This document shows, piece by piece, positions 32,823 to 44,323 of a DNA stretch of 64,000 nucleotides. The stretch comes from an uncultured Candidatus Rokubacteria bacterium. Its GTDB lineage: Bacteria; Methylomirabilota; Methylomirabilia; Rokubacteriales; CSP1-6. Numbering within the stretch: the stretch's first letter is position 1; the number at the start of each line of letters is the position of its first letter. The stretch covers positions 1 through 64,000 of the forward strand of contig CAVWFS010000016.1 of NCBI GenBank assembly GCA_963754315.1, given 5' to 3'. A program made the position numbers and the translations under genes. Under the pieces are notes generated by a model that worked only from the letters and a program-made list of their open reading frames with translations, made no database searches and was not told the origin of the DNA.

Positions 32823-33413
32823 ATGCTTCACCGTAGATTGATGTGGTTCTCTGTCACCTTGACGGCAATCGGGGCACCGGTCTTTGCCTCCCTGGCGTGG
32901 GCGGCCTCCGAGGGCGGCGGGCACGGGGGCGGCCTCATCAGCCTCGACAAGTCGCTGATCATCCAGGGCGTCAACTTTCTGATTCTCTTGTTTCTGCTCC
33001 AGAAGATCCTCTACAAGCCGCTGCTGGCCAAGATGAACGAGCGGACCGAAGCAGTCAGGAAGTCCCTGGACGAGGCCCAGCAGGCACGTGCCGAGGCGGC
33101 GAAGCAGCAGCAAGAAAACGCTGAGCGGCTTCGCGCCGCCCACGCCGAGGCTGCCGCGATTCGCGCGGCCGCGCTCAAGGAGGCGGGGGAAGAGCAGCGG
33201 AAGCTCGTGGAAGCCGCCCGGGCCGAGGCGGCCCGGCTGGTCGAGTCCGCGCGAGCCCAGATGGAGACCGACATCCGCCGGGCGCGTGAGGAGCTTCGTC
33301 GCGAGGTGTCCGACCTGGCCATCGGGGTGGCCGAGAAACTGGTACGCAAGAGCCTCGACGACGCAGATCATCGACGCATCGTGGCCGAGGCCGTGAGCCA
33401 GTTGAGGAACTAG
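32823..33413 (+). CDS. atpF: F0F1 ATP synthase subunit b
   Basis: TM helix NFLILLFLL..LYKPL followed by an Ala/Glu/Arg coiled coil. Confidence 0.92.
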   Translation: MLHRRLMWFSVTLTAIGAPVFASLAWAASEGGGHGGGLISLDKSLIIQGVNFLILLFLLQKILYKPLLAKMNERTEAVRKSLDEAQQARAEAAKQQQENAERLRAAHAEAAAIRAAALKEAGEEQRKLVEAARAEAARLVESARAQMETDIRRAREELRREVSDLAIGVAEKLVRKSLDDADHRRIVAEAVSQLRN

Positions 33414-33419
33414 CAGCTC

Positions 33420-33968
33420 ATGACCCGAGACCGTCGTGCGTTGCCCTACGCCAAGGCCGTCTTCGAGATCGCCAAGGAGCGTGGCCAGGTCGAGACGATC
33501 GGGCGCGAGCTCGACGCGGTAGGCGAGCAGATCAAGGCGGAGCCTGCACTTCAAGACTTCCTCGCGCGGCCCTGGGTGGCACCCGCCTCCAAACGGGGTG
33601 TGGCGGTCGAGATCGCCACGCGCCTCGGGCTCTCGCAGCTGACGCGTGACCTCGTCGGGCTAGTGGCGACCCAGGGGCGGGCGGCCCACCTGGCTGCTGT
33701 CGCGGAGGCCTTCCGCGAACTGCTCGACCGCGATCTGGGTCGCGTCCGGGTGAAGGTGCGCACGGCGGTGGCCCTGACTGACGATGAGCGCGCCATGCTG
33801 GCGGCCCGGCTCCAGCGAACCTTGGGAGGAAACCAGGTGATTCTCGAAGAAGTGATCGATCGCGGCCTTCTCGGTGGGTTCATCGCCGAGAGTGGAAGCT
33901 ATCTCGTCGACGCAAGTCTCGAGGGACAGCTCGACCGGATTCGTCAACGGCTCGTAAGGGGATCCTAA
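33420..33968 (+). CDS. atpH: F0F1 ATP synthase subunit delta
   Basis: PYAKAVFE, TAVAL, LLGGF..DASL. Confidence 0.92.
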   Translation: MTRDRRALPYAKAVFEIAKERGQVETIGRELDAVGEQIKAEPALQDFLARPWVAPASKRGVAVEIATRLGLSQLTRDLVGLVATQGRAAHLAAVAEAFRELLDRDLGRVRVKVRTAVALTDDERAMLAARLQRTLGGNQVILEEVIDRGLLGGFIAESGSYLVDASLEGQLDRIRQRLVRGS

Positions 33969-35495
33969 ATGATCAAGGCAGGCGAGATCAGCGAGATCAT
34001 CAAGCGGCAGCTGGAAGGCTACCAGGCGGAGGTCGACCTCCAGGAGGTCGGCCGCGTGATCGAGGTCGGCGACGGCATCGCGCGCATCTACGGCCTGGAC
34101 AAGGCGATGGCCGGCGAGCTGCTCACGTTCCCTGGGGACGTGGTGGGCATGGTGCTGAACCTCGAGCAGGACAACGTGGGCGCGGTGCTCTTCGGCGAGG
34201 ACACTGGCATCAAAGAAGGCGACATAGTCAAGCGGACGGCCCGCATCGCCCAGGTGCCGGTTGGCGAGGCCTTGACCGGCCGGGTCGTCAACGCGCTGGG
34301 ACAGCCCATCGACGACAAGGGGCCCATCGCCACCACGGAGTTCCGCCCCATCGAGCGCTACGCGCCCGGCGTGGTCGACCGCCGCTCGGTCAAGGAACCA
34401 CTGCAGACCGGGCTCAAGGCCATCGACGCCATGATTCCGATCGGGCGCGGTCAGCGCGAGCTGATCATCGGCGACCGCGGCACCGGGAAGACGGCCATCG
34501 GGGTCGACACGATCATCAACCAGAAGGGGCAGGACGTTTTCTGCTTCTACGTGGCCATCGGCCAGAAGCGATCGACCGTCGCCCAGGTGGTCAAGATCCT
34601 CGAAGATGCCGGGGCCATGGCGTACACGACCGTGGTCATGGCCAGCGCCTCCGAGCCAGCGCCCCTGCAGTACATTGCACCCTACGCCGGCGTCACCATG
34701 GGGGAGTTCTTCCGGGACTCGGGGCGCCATGCCCTCTGCATCTACGACGATCTGTCCAAGCACGCGACCGCCTATCGCCAGCTTTCTCTGCTGCTTCGCC
34801 GGCCCCCCGGCCGCGAGGCGTATCCCGGCGACGTGTTCTACCTGCACTCGCGGCTCCTCGAACGGGCGGCCAAGCTCAACGATCAGCTGGGCGGGGGGTC
34901 ACTCACCGCCCTGCCCATTATCGAGACCCAACTTGGCGACGTGTCAGCCTACATCCCGACCAACGTCATCTCCATCACCGACGGCCAGATCTATCTGGAA
35001 GCGGACCTGTTCTACAGCGGGATCCGCCCCGCGGTGAACGTCGGCCTGTCCGTATCACGCGTGGGGGGATCGGCCCAGGTGCGGGCCATGCGCCAGGTGG
35101 CTGGCAAGCTAAGGCTCGACCTCGCCCAGTTCCGTGAGCTGGCGGCTTTCGCCCAGTTCGGGTCCGATCTGGACCGGGCGACCCAGCTGCAGCTCGCCCG
35201 CGGTCAGCGGATGGTCGAGAGCCTCAAGCAGGGTCAGTACGAGCCTCTGGTTGTCGAGAAGCAGGTGGCCATCATCTTCGCGGGGACGCAGGGCCTGCTG
35301 GACGATCTGCCGGTCGACGCGATCCGGGAGTTCGAGACATTCTTCTTTCCCTGGCTGGAGTCCAGGCAGCCCCAGATTCTCGGAGAGATCCGGGACAAGA
35401 AGGAGCTGAGCGACGCGATGCGCGACACGCTCACCAAGGCGGTGACCGACGCCAAGGCGGAGTTCGTCGCGGTCAAGGGCCTCAAGGCCGCCTGA
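33969..35495 (+). CDS. atpA: F0F1 ATP synthase subunit alpha
   Basis: [30 protein letters not shown]. Confidence 0.98.
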   Translation: MIKAGEISEIIKRQLEGYQAEVDLQEVGRVIEVGDGIARIYGLDKAMAGELLTFPGDVVGMVLNLEQDNVGAVLFGEDTGIKEGDIVKRTARIAQVPVGEALTGRVVNALGQPIDDKGPIATTEFRPIERYAPGVVDRRSVKEPLQTGLKAIDAMIPIGRGQRELIIGDRGTGKTAIGVDTIINQKGQDVFCFYVAIGQKRSTVAQVVKILEDAGAMAYTTVVMASASEPAPLQYIAPYAGVTMGEFFRDSGRHALCIYDDLSKHATAYRQLSLLLRRPPGREAYPGDVFYLHSRLLERAAKLNDQLGGGSLTALPIIETQLGDVSAYIPTNVISITDGQIYLEADLFYSGIRPAVNVGLSVSRVGGSAQVRAMRQVAGKLRLDLAQFRELAAFAQFGSDLDRATQLQLARGQRMVESLKQGQYEPLVVEKQVAIIFAGTQGLLDDLPVDAIREFETFFFPWLESRQPQILGEIRDKKELSDAMRDTLTKAVTDAKAEFVAVKGLKAA

Positions 35496-35507
35496 CGACG
35501 CAGGCCC

Positions 35508-36397
35508 ATGCCGACCCTTCGCGACATCCGGCGGCGGATCCGATCCGTCGAGTCAACCCAGAAGATTACCCGGGCCATGAAGTTCGTGGCCGCCGCCAAG
35601 TTTCGCCGGGCGCAGGAGCGAGTCCTCGCAGCCCGACCCTACGCGAGCAAGATGGCGGAACTGCTCGGCCACCTCGTGACGGGCACGGACGCCGCCGAGG
35701 GGACGGTGCACCCACTGCTCGAGGAGCGGCAGGGACCGCGCCGGCTCATCTGCATCATCACGGCCGACAAGGGCCTGGCAGGCGCCTTCAACGCCAACGT
35801 CATCCGTAACGCGCTCGAGTTCATCCGCGACTCGAACGCCACAGCCTTGACCCTCGTGGTGGTGGGGCGCAAGGCGCGGGACTTCTACCGGCGCCGTCCG
35901 TGGACCATCAAGAGGGACATGATCGGCTTCTGGGATCGTCTGGCCTATAGCCACGCTACCGAGCTGGCCGACTACTTCATGGAGCAGTACCTCGAAGGCG
36001 AGGTGGACGAGGTCCACCTGATCTACAATCGCTTTCGCTCTGCCGCCGTCCAGCACCCGGCCCGCGAGCAGCTGTTGCCCATCCCGCGCTCACACACCGA
36101 GGGCGGAGGCGGGGAGGCGCCGGGCGAGGTCGACTACATCTACGAGCCGGATCCCCGGACCATTCTGGGCGATCTGCTGCCCCGGCACGTGCGCACGCAG
36201 GTCTATCACGTGCTGCTGGAATCGTTGGCGGGCGAGTATGGCGCGCGCATGACGGCCATGGAAGCCGCGACGGCCAATGCCAAGGAAATGATCAGCGTGC
36301 TGACGATTCAATACAACAAGGCGCGCCAGGAGCGCATCACCAAGGAGTTGCTCGACATCGTGGGCGGCGCCGAGGCGCTCAAGCAAGGAGCCGAAGC

Positions 36398-36401
<4 letters not shown>
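35508..36401 (+). CDS. atpG: F0F1 ATP synthase subunit gamma
   Basis: [32 protein letters not shown]. Confidence 0.97.
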
Positions 36402-37820
<1,419 letters not shown>

Positions 37821-37836
37821 GATGACGTCGCCAGTG

Positions 37837-37913
37837 AGATCGAGGAGCGCCACGGGTCCCCCGGGGCGCTCCGAAGGCCGGGGGGGCCGGGGGGCCCTCT
37901 CGAGGCCCCCCAT
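37837..37913. repeat. Structured GC-rich intergenic repeat, copy 2 (atpD-atpC spacer)
   Basis: GGAGCGCC-ACGGGTCCCCCGG-GGCGCTCC-GAA..GGGGG..GCCGGGGGGCC..GGCCCCCCAT. Confidence 0.75.
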
Positions 37914-38318
37914 ATGCTGACCCTCGAGATCGCGACGCCGACGCGGCTCGTGATCGCCACGACCGCGGACGAGGTCGTCGCTCCGGGGAGTCAGGGCTAC
38001 TTCGGCGTGCTCCCCGGCCACGCTCCTTTTCTCACGACGCTCGGGACGGGCGAGCTGACTTACCGGATTGGGCGTGACGAGCATCACCTGGCGGTCAGCG
38101 GGGGCTTCGTGGAGGTCCGCAACGACAAGGTTATCGTGCTGACCGACACAGGGGAGCGGCCCAACGAGATCGATCGAGCGCGCGCCGAGCGGGCCCGCGA
38201 ACGCGCCGAGCGGCGGTTAGCCGGACGGGTTCAGGAAGGGGAAGTAGACTACGCGCGCGCGCTGGCCGCCCTCATGCGCGCCCTGACGCGCATCGCGGTA
38301 GCCGGTCGCGGCGAGTGA
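37914..38318 (+). CDS. atpC: F0F1 ATP synthase subunit epsilon
   Basis: LEIATP, GYFGVLPGHAP, SGGFVEV, IDRARAE. Confidence 0.95.
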   Translation: MLTLEIATPTRLVIATTADEVVAPGSQGYFGVLPGHAPFLTTLGTGELTYRIGRDEHHLAVSGGFVEVRNDKVIVLTDTGERPNEIDRARAERARERAERRLAGRVQEGEVDYARALAALMRALTRIAVAGRGE

Positions 38319-38373
38319 TGCGGCACGGCCGGCGTCCACGGAACCGCACTCTCGGACGTTACGTTCGGGCGCG

Positions 38374-38678
38374 TCAATCGATGATCTGATCAGCCCGCAG
38401 AAGAAGCGAGGTCGGGATAGCGAGACCGAGCGCGCGGGCGGCCTTGCCTTCCTGGTAGCCCAACTCCCGCAGGCCCTCGCGCAGAGCGTCAAGGTTCGGA
38501 GTCCCGGTCGAGCCGCCCCCGGCGACAACCAGCCGAGGCGAAGCGCGTTGGGCGTTTGTTGAGCGTTCGCGGGCGGGGCGGCCACGGCTGTCCCCAGACT
38601 CGCGAGGATGGTCGCGATGAACGCTCGCCGCCCCTGGGGAGTTGAGAGAGCGAGAAAGCGAACGATCGCGAAGGGCAT
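38374..38678 (-). pseudogene. Internally collapsed ABC_sub_bind substrate-binding protein
   Basis: RRAFIA signal, AQQ, LREGLRELGYQEG joined directly to the terminal KAARALGLAIPTSLLLRADQIID*. Confidence 0.75.
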
Positions 38679-38838
38679 CGGCGGCCATTATGGCCTGGCC
38701 TTGAGCGACACTCCAGTGGTGAGTGAGCGGTGCCCAGTGAAGGGGGCACCTGCTCGTCGCGCGTGTCGGTTGCCGCGGCTCGAGCACACCCAAAGTCTCG
38801 CGGCACATGACGTCGACTTTGGCATTCGGGTCGCATTG

Positions 38839-39510
38839 ATGGTAGTCATGGTGCTCTCGGTCACGGGTTCCTTTGACGCAGTGACGAGTGCCTATAGGTG
38901 GCTGGAGATCGCCCGGAACTACCCACCGCCTCGCGTCCACCGTTCTCCAGACGACCGGGATCAGCGGCAGCGCAGGGTCATGGCCGTCCTGGAGGCCCTT
39001 GTGGGAGCATCCGAGCGACAGTGGGGCGAGTCCATCGCCTGCGGGCACGCCGCTCGGGTAGCAGCGCTCAGCCACCGTCTCGCGCTCGCAGTAGGACTTT
39101 CTCAGAGGGACGCCGAGGTTGTCGGTCAGGCCGGGTTGCTGCATGACATCGGCAAGCTCGGTGCCGCCAACGGCCAAACGGGGGTGGAGCCCGTCTTTCT
39201 CACCTACCACCCCGGGATCGGTGCGCAACTGGTAGAGCCGTTTGAGTTCCTGGCCTTGGCGGCTCCCATGATTCGACACCACCACGAGCGGCTCGACGGC
39301 AGCGGCTATCCCGACGGTCTGCTCGGCCTCCTCATCCCCATTGGCGCGCGCATCATCGCCGTCGCCGACGAGTATGACCGTCTCACGGCTGGTGGCGGCC
39401 AGGCCGAGGCACTGACCCACGAGGCGGCGCTGGCAAGGCTGGCTCGCGAAGCAGGGAGAACGCTTGATAGTACGATAGTTTCCGCGCTGATCCGGCTGGC
39501 CCTTCCTTGA
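38839..39510 (+). CDS. HD-GYP domain protein (possibly truncated or degenerate)
   Basis: [39 protein letters not shown]; start uncertain. Confidence 0.7.
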   Translation: MVVMVLSVTGSFDAVTSAYRWLEIARNYPPPRVHRSPDDRDQRQRRVMAVLEALVGASERQWGESIACGHAARVAALSHRLALAVGLSQRDAEVVGQAGLLHDIGKLGAANGQTGVEPVFLTYHPGIGAQLVEPFEFLALAAPMIRHHHERLDGSGYPDGLLGLLIPIGARIIAVADEYDRLTAGGGQAEALTHEAALARLAREAGRTLDSTIVSALIRLALP

Positions 39511-39545
39511 CACTTCGCGTCGGCGACGTGTAGTGTGGGCGCGTC

Positions 39546-39824
39546 ATGTCGCGGCGGGAAGAGGTCGCAAGCCGTATGGCCGACGCCATTCTCAAGCGGC
39601 TCTCGGCCCGGCGGATCATCGAGTGCAAGGACGAGGCGGCCGCCCGCGCGGCCGTGCGTCAGCTGGTGCTGGATAACTTGGCCCTGGAAGAGCGCGTGGA
39701 CGCCGATGCGCGGAAGCTCCTCCTCGAGCACGCCAAGGCCATCAAGGACTCCGGCGCGGAGTACCGGCAGCTGCTCGGCAAGGTCAAAGAAAAGCTTGCG
39801 CGAGAACGGGGGTTCATCCTCTGA
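39546..39824 (+). CDS. DUF507 family protein
   Basis: Helical 92 aa ending KEKLARERGFIL; tandem with a paralog. Confidence 0.7.
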   Translation: MSRREEVASRMADAILKRLSARRIIECKDEAAARAAVRQLVLDNLALEERVDADARKLLLEHAKAIKDSGAEYRQLLGKVKEKLARERGFIL

Positions 39825-40099
39825 TGCGGATGAGCCGCGAGCGCATCTTCCACCTCGCGGATCTCATCGTGAAGGAGCTGATCGCTACCCCCGGGGTCCA
39901 GGTGAAAGCCCCCGACGACGTCCGGCCCGAGATTGTCCGGGTTCTGACCGACGAATCGAAGCTCGACGACTCCATCGACGGTGAGGTCCGGAAGATCCTA
40001 GGCTCCTACGCGCGGCCGCTCCCCGAGGGGAGCCGCGAATGGGAGGTCCTGTATCAGAAGACCCGTGAAGAAGTCCTGCGGCGGAGATTTCGGACGTGA
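39824..40099 (+). CDS. DUF507 family protein
   Basis: MRMSRERI..HLA, PEGSREWEVLYQK. Confidence 0.75.
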   Translation: MRMSRERIFHLADLIVKELIATPGVQVKAPDDVRPEIVRVLTDESKLDDSIDGEVRKILGSYARPLPEGSREWEVLYQKTREEVLRRRFRT

Positions 40100-40689
40100 A
40101 ACGGCTGGTGGTTGGCATCAGCGGGGCCACCGGGTCCATCTACGGTATTCGCCTGCTCGAAGTGCTCAAGGCCGTCCCCGAGATCGAGACCCATCTCGTC
40201 ATCTCGGCGCCTGGGAAGCGCACATTGGTGGAGGAGACCGACTACAGTGTGGCCGACGTCGAGGCCCTGGCCCATCATCGCTACGATCACAGGGACATCG
40301 GCGCTGCCATCGCTTCGGGCTCATTCCGCACGGTGGGCATGGTCGTCGCGCCGTGCAGCGTCAAAACGGCGGGCGCCATCGCCGCCTGCCACTCCGACAA
40401 TCTCATGACGCGCGCGGCCGATGTGACGCTCAAGGAAGGCCGGCCGCTCATCTTGCTGTTCCGCGAAACCCCGCTGCACGCTGGCCATCTGCGCTGCCTG
40501 CTCACCTTGGCCGAGATGGGAGCCGTGATCCTGCCACCCATGCCGGCCTTCTATCACCGCCCCAAGGGCCTCGACGATATCGTGAATCACACCGTGGCCC
40601 GGGTTCTGGACAGGCTTGACCTGCCTCAGACCTTGGTGAGCGAATGGCGAGGCACCCAGCGGCTCGGTCCTACCCACGAGCGTGCCTGA
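40096..40689 (+). CDS. ubiX: Flavin prenyltransferase UbiX
   Basis: VGISGATGSIYG, IASGSF, APCSVKT, RAADVTLKE, RETPL, PPMPAFY. Confidence 0.93.
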   Translation: MKRLVVGISGATGSIYGIRLLEVLKAVPEIETHLVISAPGKRTLVEETDYSVADVEALAHHRYDHRDIGAAIASGSFRTVGMVVAPCSVKTAGAIAACHSDNLMTRAADVTLKEGRPLILLFRETPLHAGHLRCLLTLAEMGAVILPPMPAFYHRPKGLDDIVNHTVARVLDRLDLPQTLVSEWRGTQRLGPTHERA

Positions 40690-40759
40690 CATAATCGCCG
40701 AGGAGCTCGAAGGCGATCTGATCCGCGGTGCAACCGTCTTTGGGTCTGGCGCAGGCCGC

Positions 40760-40840
40760 ATGACATACCAGCGAGCGGACGTCTGCGTCGTGGGTGGCGG
40801 TCCGGCTGGGCTCCTCCTCGGCTTGCTCCTGCGGCAGTAG
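40760..40840 (+). pseudogene. N-terminal remnant of an FAD-dependent oxidoreductase
   Basis: MTYQRADVCVVGGGPAGLLLGLLLRQ*: Rossmann GxGxxG followed by a stop. Confidence 0.55.
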
Positions 40841-41130
40841 CGCCGATCTGCTCGCCCTCTCGGCATCTCGCAGTCAGCGATCGGTTCGCTGGTCGATCCG
40901 TCGTGCTGCGAGAAGGGTGGGGTGCTTCGCGTGGGTCGGGCGCTCACACGGCTCGATGCCGACGGTGCATGGTGGATCGGTGATCCCGCGAATTGGGTCG
41001 ACGGCGGCCATGGGTTACCATCAGGAAGCGCGACGTCGAAGGCCCTTGGCGTGACGGTGACGGCGATGCCGAAGTGATGGCGTGGACCGAGCACCCCTGG
41101 GTTCCACAGCACTCACCGAGAGGAGGCGAG

Positions 41131-41541
41131 ATGACTCAGTTCAGTACACCAATGCTCTTGACGCTGCTCACCGCCTTGGTTCTTGGATGCGCTACCGCTG
41201 GCACGGAGGGCACGATCCATGTCAGTGACGCAAAATCCCTGAGTGGAAAGTGGCTGGGGTATGCGACAGGGACGGGGGCCGGGGCTCCTCAGGCCATAGA
41301 GCTCACAATCAATCCCGACGGCACTTATGTCTCTCGGATTGGCGCTCAGGTGCAGAGCGGAACGGTAAGAGTCAGCAATGGCAAGGTTAGTTTCACACGC
41401 GATGCGGCCTCTGCAACCTCGACAACTGTCATGGCGGCGTCGACGGCAGTCCTCCAACAACGCGAGGGAAGACGCGTTCTCGTCGGTCAGGGCCGATCCG
41501 ACTATGGTCCATATTCGTACGAGTTCACCGAGCAGAAGTAG
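41131..41541 (+). CDS. Hypothetical lipoprotein
   Basis: AGGAGG SD, signal ending VLGC, beta-rich mature domain. Confidence 0.7.
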   Translation: MTQFSTPMLLTLLTALVLGCATAGTEGTIHVSDAKSLSGKWLGYATGTGAGAPQAIELTINPDGTYVSRIGAQVQSGTVRVSNGKVSFTRDAASATSTTVMAASTAVLQQREGRRVLVGQGRSDYGPYSYEFTEQK

Positions 41542-41589
41542 CGCTCAGACGAAGACGTCCCCGCGCGGGCTCGCAACGCGCCGGCGTCG

Positions 41590-41880
41590 GCCCCGGTAAC
41601 CCATCACCCTGCGGAGCCAGCGGCTGGCTCGCGCCCGCTGGAGTACGGCCTGATCGCCGAAAGGTGGCCGAGATCTACCCCGAGTTGGTGGTGCGGGACA
41701 AGCACGGCCAGCCCGCTGGTGTCCGCTACCACGTCCTGCCCGCCATGTTCCTTCAACGAACTGCAACGGCAGCAGCGGGACTCGGAGGCTCGGTTTGCGA
41801 GTCAGCAGCGGGAGATTGACGAGCTACGCGCTCAGGTGCGGGCGCTCATCGACGGCGGGAAGGCGACCGCGCGGCAGTGA
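41590..41880 (+). pseudogene. Remnant of a peptidase S74 (tail-fibre intramolecular chaperone) domain
   Basis: EYGLIAE, ELVVRDKHGQPAGVRYHVLPAM, NELQRQQR...IDELRAQV across frames; no 5' part. Confidence 0.6.
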
Positions 41881-41916
41881 GCGTGGCACGCGGCGGGGCT
41901 AACTGCGTGATAATCT

Positions 41917-42003
41917 TGGTGCCGAAGGGGGGACTCGAACCCCCACACCCTTGCGGGCACATGACCCTGAATCATGCGCGTCTGCCAATTCCGCCACTTC
42001 GGC
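41917..42003 (-). tRNA. tRNA-Leu(CAG)
   Basis: Reverse complement GCCGAAGTGGCGGAATTGGCAGACGCG-CATGA-TTCAGGG-TCATG, variable arm, GTTCGAGTC, CTTCGGCA-CCA. Confidence 0.95.
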
Positions 42004-42060
42004 ACTGATGCGGAGAGAGCCCGATGATACCGCTGGGCAGCCAGGCGTTTCAAGCGTGAC

Positions 42061-42531
42061 ATGGCCGACGAGAACAACCAGAACATCGCTAACAACCGGA
42101 AGGCACGGCACGAGTACGACATCCTCGAGGTGCTGGAGGCGGGGCTCGTCCTTCGCGGCACCGAGGTCAAGGCCCTGCGGACCGGTCAGGTGAGCTTCAA
42201 GGACTCGTTTGCAACCATCCGCAATAACGAGGCCTGGCTGCGGGGTTGCCACATCAGCCCGTATAGCCACGGGACCGACGCCAACCACGAGCCGGAACGG
42301 GACCGCAAGCTCTTGTTGCATCGCAACGAAATCGCGCGCTTGATGGGCAAGGTAGCCGAGCGCGGGTTGACCATCGTGCCGCTTCGCCTATACTTTAAGC
42401 AGGGGCGGGCCAAGGTCGAGATCGGCCTGGCACGCGGCAAGAAGCTGCACGACAAGCGGTCGTCGCTTCGCGAGCGCGAGGTTGCACGCGAGATGGACCG
42501 GGCGTCGCGCGGCAGCCGCCGTGAGTGGTAG
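42061..42531 (+). CDS. smpB: SsrA-binding protein
   Basis: NRKARHEY, AGLVLRGTEVK, RKLLLH, GKKLHDKR. Confidence 0.97.
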   Translation: MADENNQNIANNRKARHEYDILEVLEAGLVLRGTEVKALRTGQVSFKDSFATIRNNEAWLRGCHISPYSHGTDANHEPERDRKLLLHRNEIARLMGKVAERGLTIVPLRLYFKQGRAKVEIGLARGKKLHDKRSSLREREVAREMDRASRGSRREW

Positions 42532-42565
42532 TCACAAGCGAGCGGTAGAGACAAAGTTAGTGCAA

Positions 42566-42922
42566 GGGGGCGACAGGTTTCGACGGGAACCAGTGAGGTC
42601 CAGGCTGCGTCTCGAGGTTTCTCTCCCCTCGTTAAATAGAGAGAACGGCATAACTGCCGACACTCAGCTAGCCCTGGCGGCCTAACACCCGCCAGCGTCC
42701 GCCGGATCGGGCCATCGGGGTCCGGGAACGGGCGTCATATTCCGGTGGCTGGCTCTGAACCTTGTCTCAGGGGAAGGGCGAGAAACATGAGGCTGGCCCC
42801 TCGATCCTCCTGCCGGCTGGACGGTCGAGGGGTGAGATGGATGTAAGGTAAACCGGCTATCGACGTAGACGCCTGCGGCTGAGGGTTTTCGGACGTGGGT
42901 TCAATTCCCACCGCCTCCACCA
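42566..42922 (+). ncRNA. ssrA: tmRNA
   Basis: 5' GGGGGCGA..TTCGAC, 3' GGTTCAATTCCCACCGCCTCCACCA with G3:U70; tag frame ADTQLALAA*; directly after smpB. Confidence 0.96.
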
Positions 42923-42933
42923 ATTCCGCTCGC

Positions 42934-42972
42934 TTGACTTACAGCAATCTCCATCGATAGGATCCTGGTAAG
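42934..42972 (+). promoter_or_regulatory. Candidate promoter/operator of the TA pair
   Basis: TTGACT-18 nt-TAGGAT with an overlapping CTTAC...GTAAG inverted repeat. Confidence 0.45.
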
Positions 42973-42975
42973 ACG

Positions 42976-43186
42976 ATGGAGACGGTGACACTTGTCCAGC
43001 AAGTATCAACTCGTCGTGCCCCGCGGCGCTCGCGAGCGGCTGCGACTCCGTCCCGGCATGCGGATCATCGTTGTCGACAAGGGCGGGGTAATCTTCCTCG
43101 TCCCCGAACGCCCGTTACCTGCATATCGTGGTATCGCCCGCGGCGTGAACCCCCGAGAGCTCCGCGAGAAGAAGGACCGCTCCTGA
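42976..43186 (+). CDS. AbrB/MazE-type antitoxin (indel near 42990)
   Basis: METVTL + SSKYQLVVPRGARERLRLRPGM. Confidence 0.8.
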
Positions 43187-43551
43187 TCCTGATCGATTCG
43201 AGCGCATGGATTGAATATCTGGCCAGCCGTCCGAACGCCGACCGTTTCGCCATCTACATCGAGGGCGGCGAGCCCCTCCTCGTCTCGGCCATCGAGGTCT
43301 ACGAAGTCTACAAGGTAGTCCGGCGGGACCTCAGCGAGGAACGCGCGGTGGAAGCGGTCTCCGCTCTCCGTCGCGCCACCATTGCGGCGGTCGACGAGTC
43401 TCTGGCGCTGGAGGCGGCCGATCTCTCTCTGGTCCACAGTCTGGCCATGGCGGATTCGCTCGTATACGCGACCGCCCGGCGATTCGGGGCAACGCTCGTG
43501 ACCGGCGATGCCGACTTCGAGGGGCTTCCGGACACCGTCATCATCCGATGA
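43183..43551 (+). CDS. VapC-family PIN toxin
   Basis: LIDSSAWIEY, E, LAMADSLVYATA, LVTGDADF acidic PIN residues; CTG start overlaps the antitoxin TGA. Confidence 0.85.
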   Translation: MILIDSSAWIEYLASRPNADRFAIYIEGGEPLLVSAIEVYEVYKVVRRDLSEERAVEAVSALRRATIAAVDESLALEAADLSLVHSLAMADSLVYATARRFGATLVTGDADFEGLPDTVIIR

Positions 43552-43726
43552 CGGGCATCGGGACGCCGTTACCCTAACGCGGGTTAGGTGGTATTTGAGC
43601 GATAGGTATGGGCAGCGCTACAGGTGCGCATGATTGTGTTCGCTTCGCAGCCACTCGTCTGCGTAGGCGCGCTTCGCGTCGTCTGTATGTCTCGTAGAGC
43701 GAGGCGAGAGGTCCCGCCATCTCAAT

Positions 43727-44300
43727 CACCTCACCAATATAGGCGTGCCCGGATCGGGCCGCTCCACAGTACGTCCAGGTTTTCGATCGAGATGTCGTGG
43801 AATCGCCTCTCGATCAGCGCACTCGTAGCCGGTCCGGGTCGGCGAAGGCGAAGATGCCGGGCTGTCGGGTACGGGTGCCGGCAGTTCCATGTAACGCTTC
43901 AAGACCGCGAGGGGAATCGCGGCCCACGGGTTCTTGTCCGGCCCCGCCAGGTGGCCAGCGCGAGCAGGGCCCCTGGTTTGATGGCTTGGTGGATGCGCTG
44001 CAGGCAGGCGACGGGGTTGGGCATGAACATCAGACCCCAGCGCATGGTCGCGGCGTCGAAGGTGGCTGTCGGTAGCTCAAGTTGCTCGCCATCGGAGACC
44101 CGGAACTCGATATTGCTCAGGCCAGCGGCGGCGGCCTTTTCGCGCGCAAAATCCACCATCGCGACGACGAAATCGGTGGCGAGCACCCGGCCCGTCGATC
44201 CCACGCGGTGTGCAGCAGGTATCGCCGGCTAGCCCGTCCCGCAGGTGATATCCAGAACATGCTGTTCCGCGCTGATGCTGGTTCGATCGAGCAGTGTTTC
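43727..44300 (-). pseudogene. Class I SAM-dependent methyltransferase pseudogene
   Basis: VLDITCGTG*PAI (TAG at 44229-44231), GRVLATD..M, FDAATMRWGLMF, PGIFAFADP; frameshifts; 5' end lost in the mutated tract; boundaries approximate. Confidence 0.75.
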
Positions 44301-44323
44301 GGAGATGTTAAGAAATGTTTATG

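Noticed and set aside
43571..43590. CCCTAAC-GCGG-GTTAGGT as an integron attC site
   Set aside because: Far too short, no L boxes, no integrase or cassette array
44229..44231. In-frame TAG in the methyltransferase as recoding (pyrrolysine or readthrough)
   Set aside because: The gene also has frameshifts and a destroyed 5' end, so it is a pseudogene
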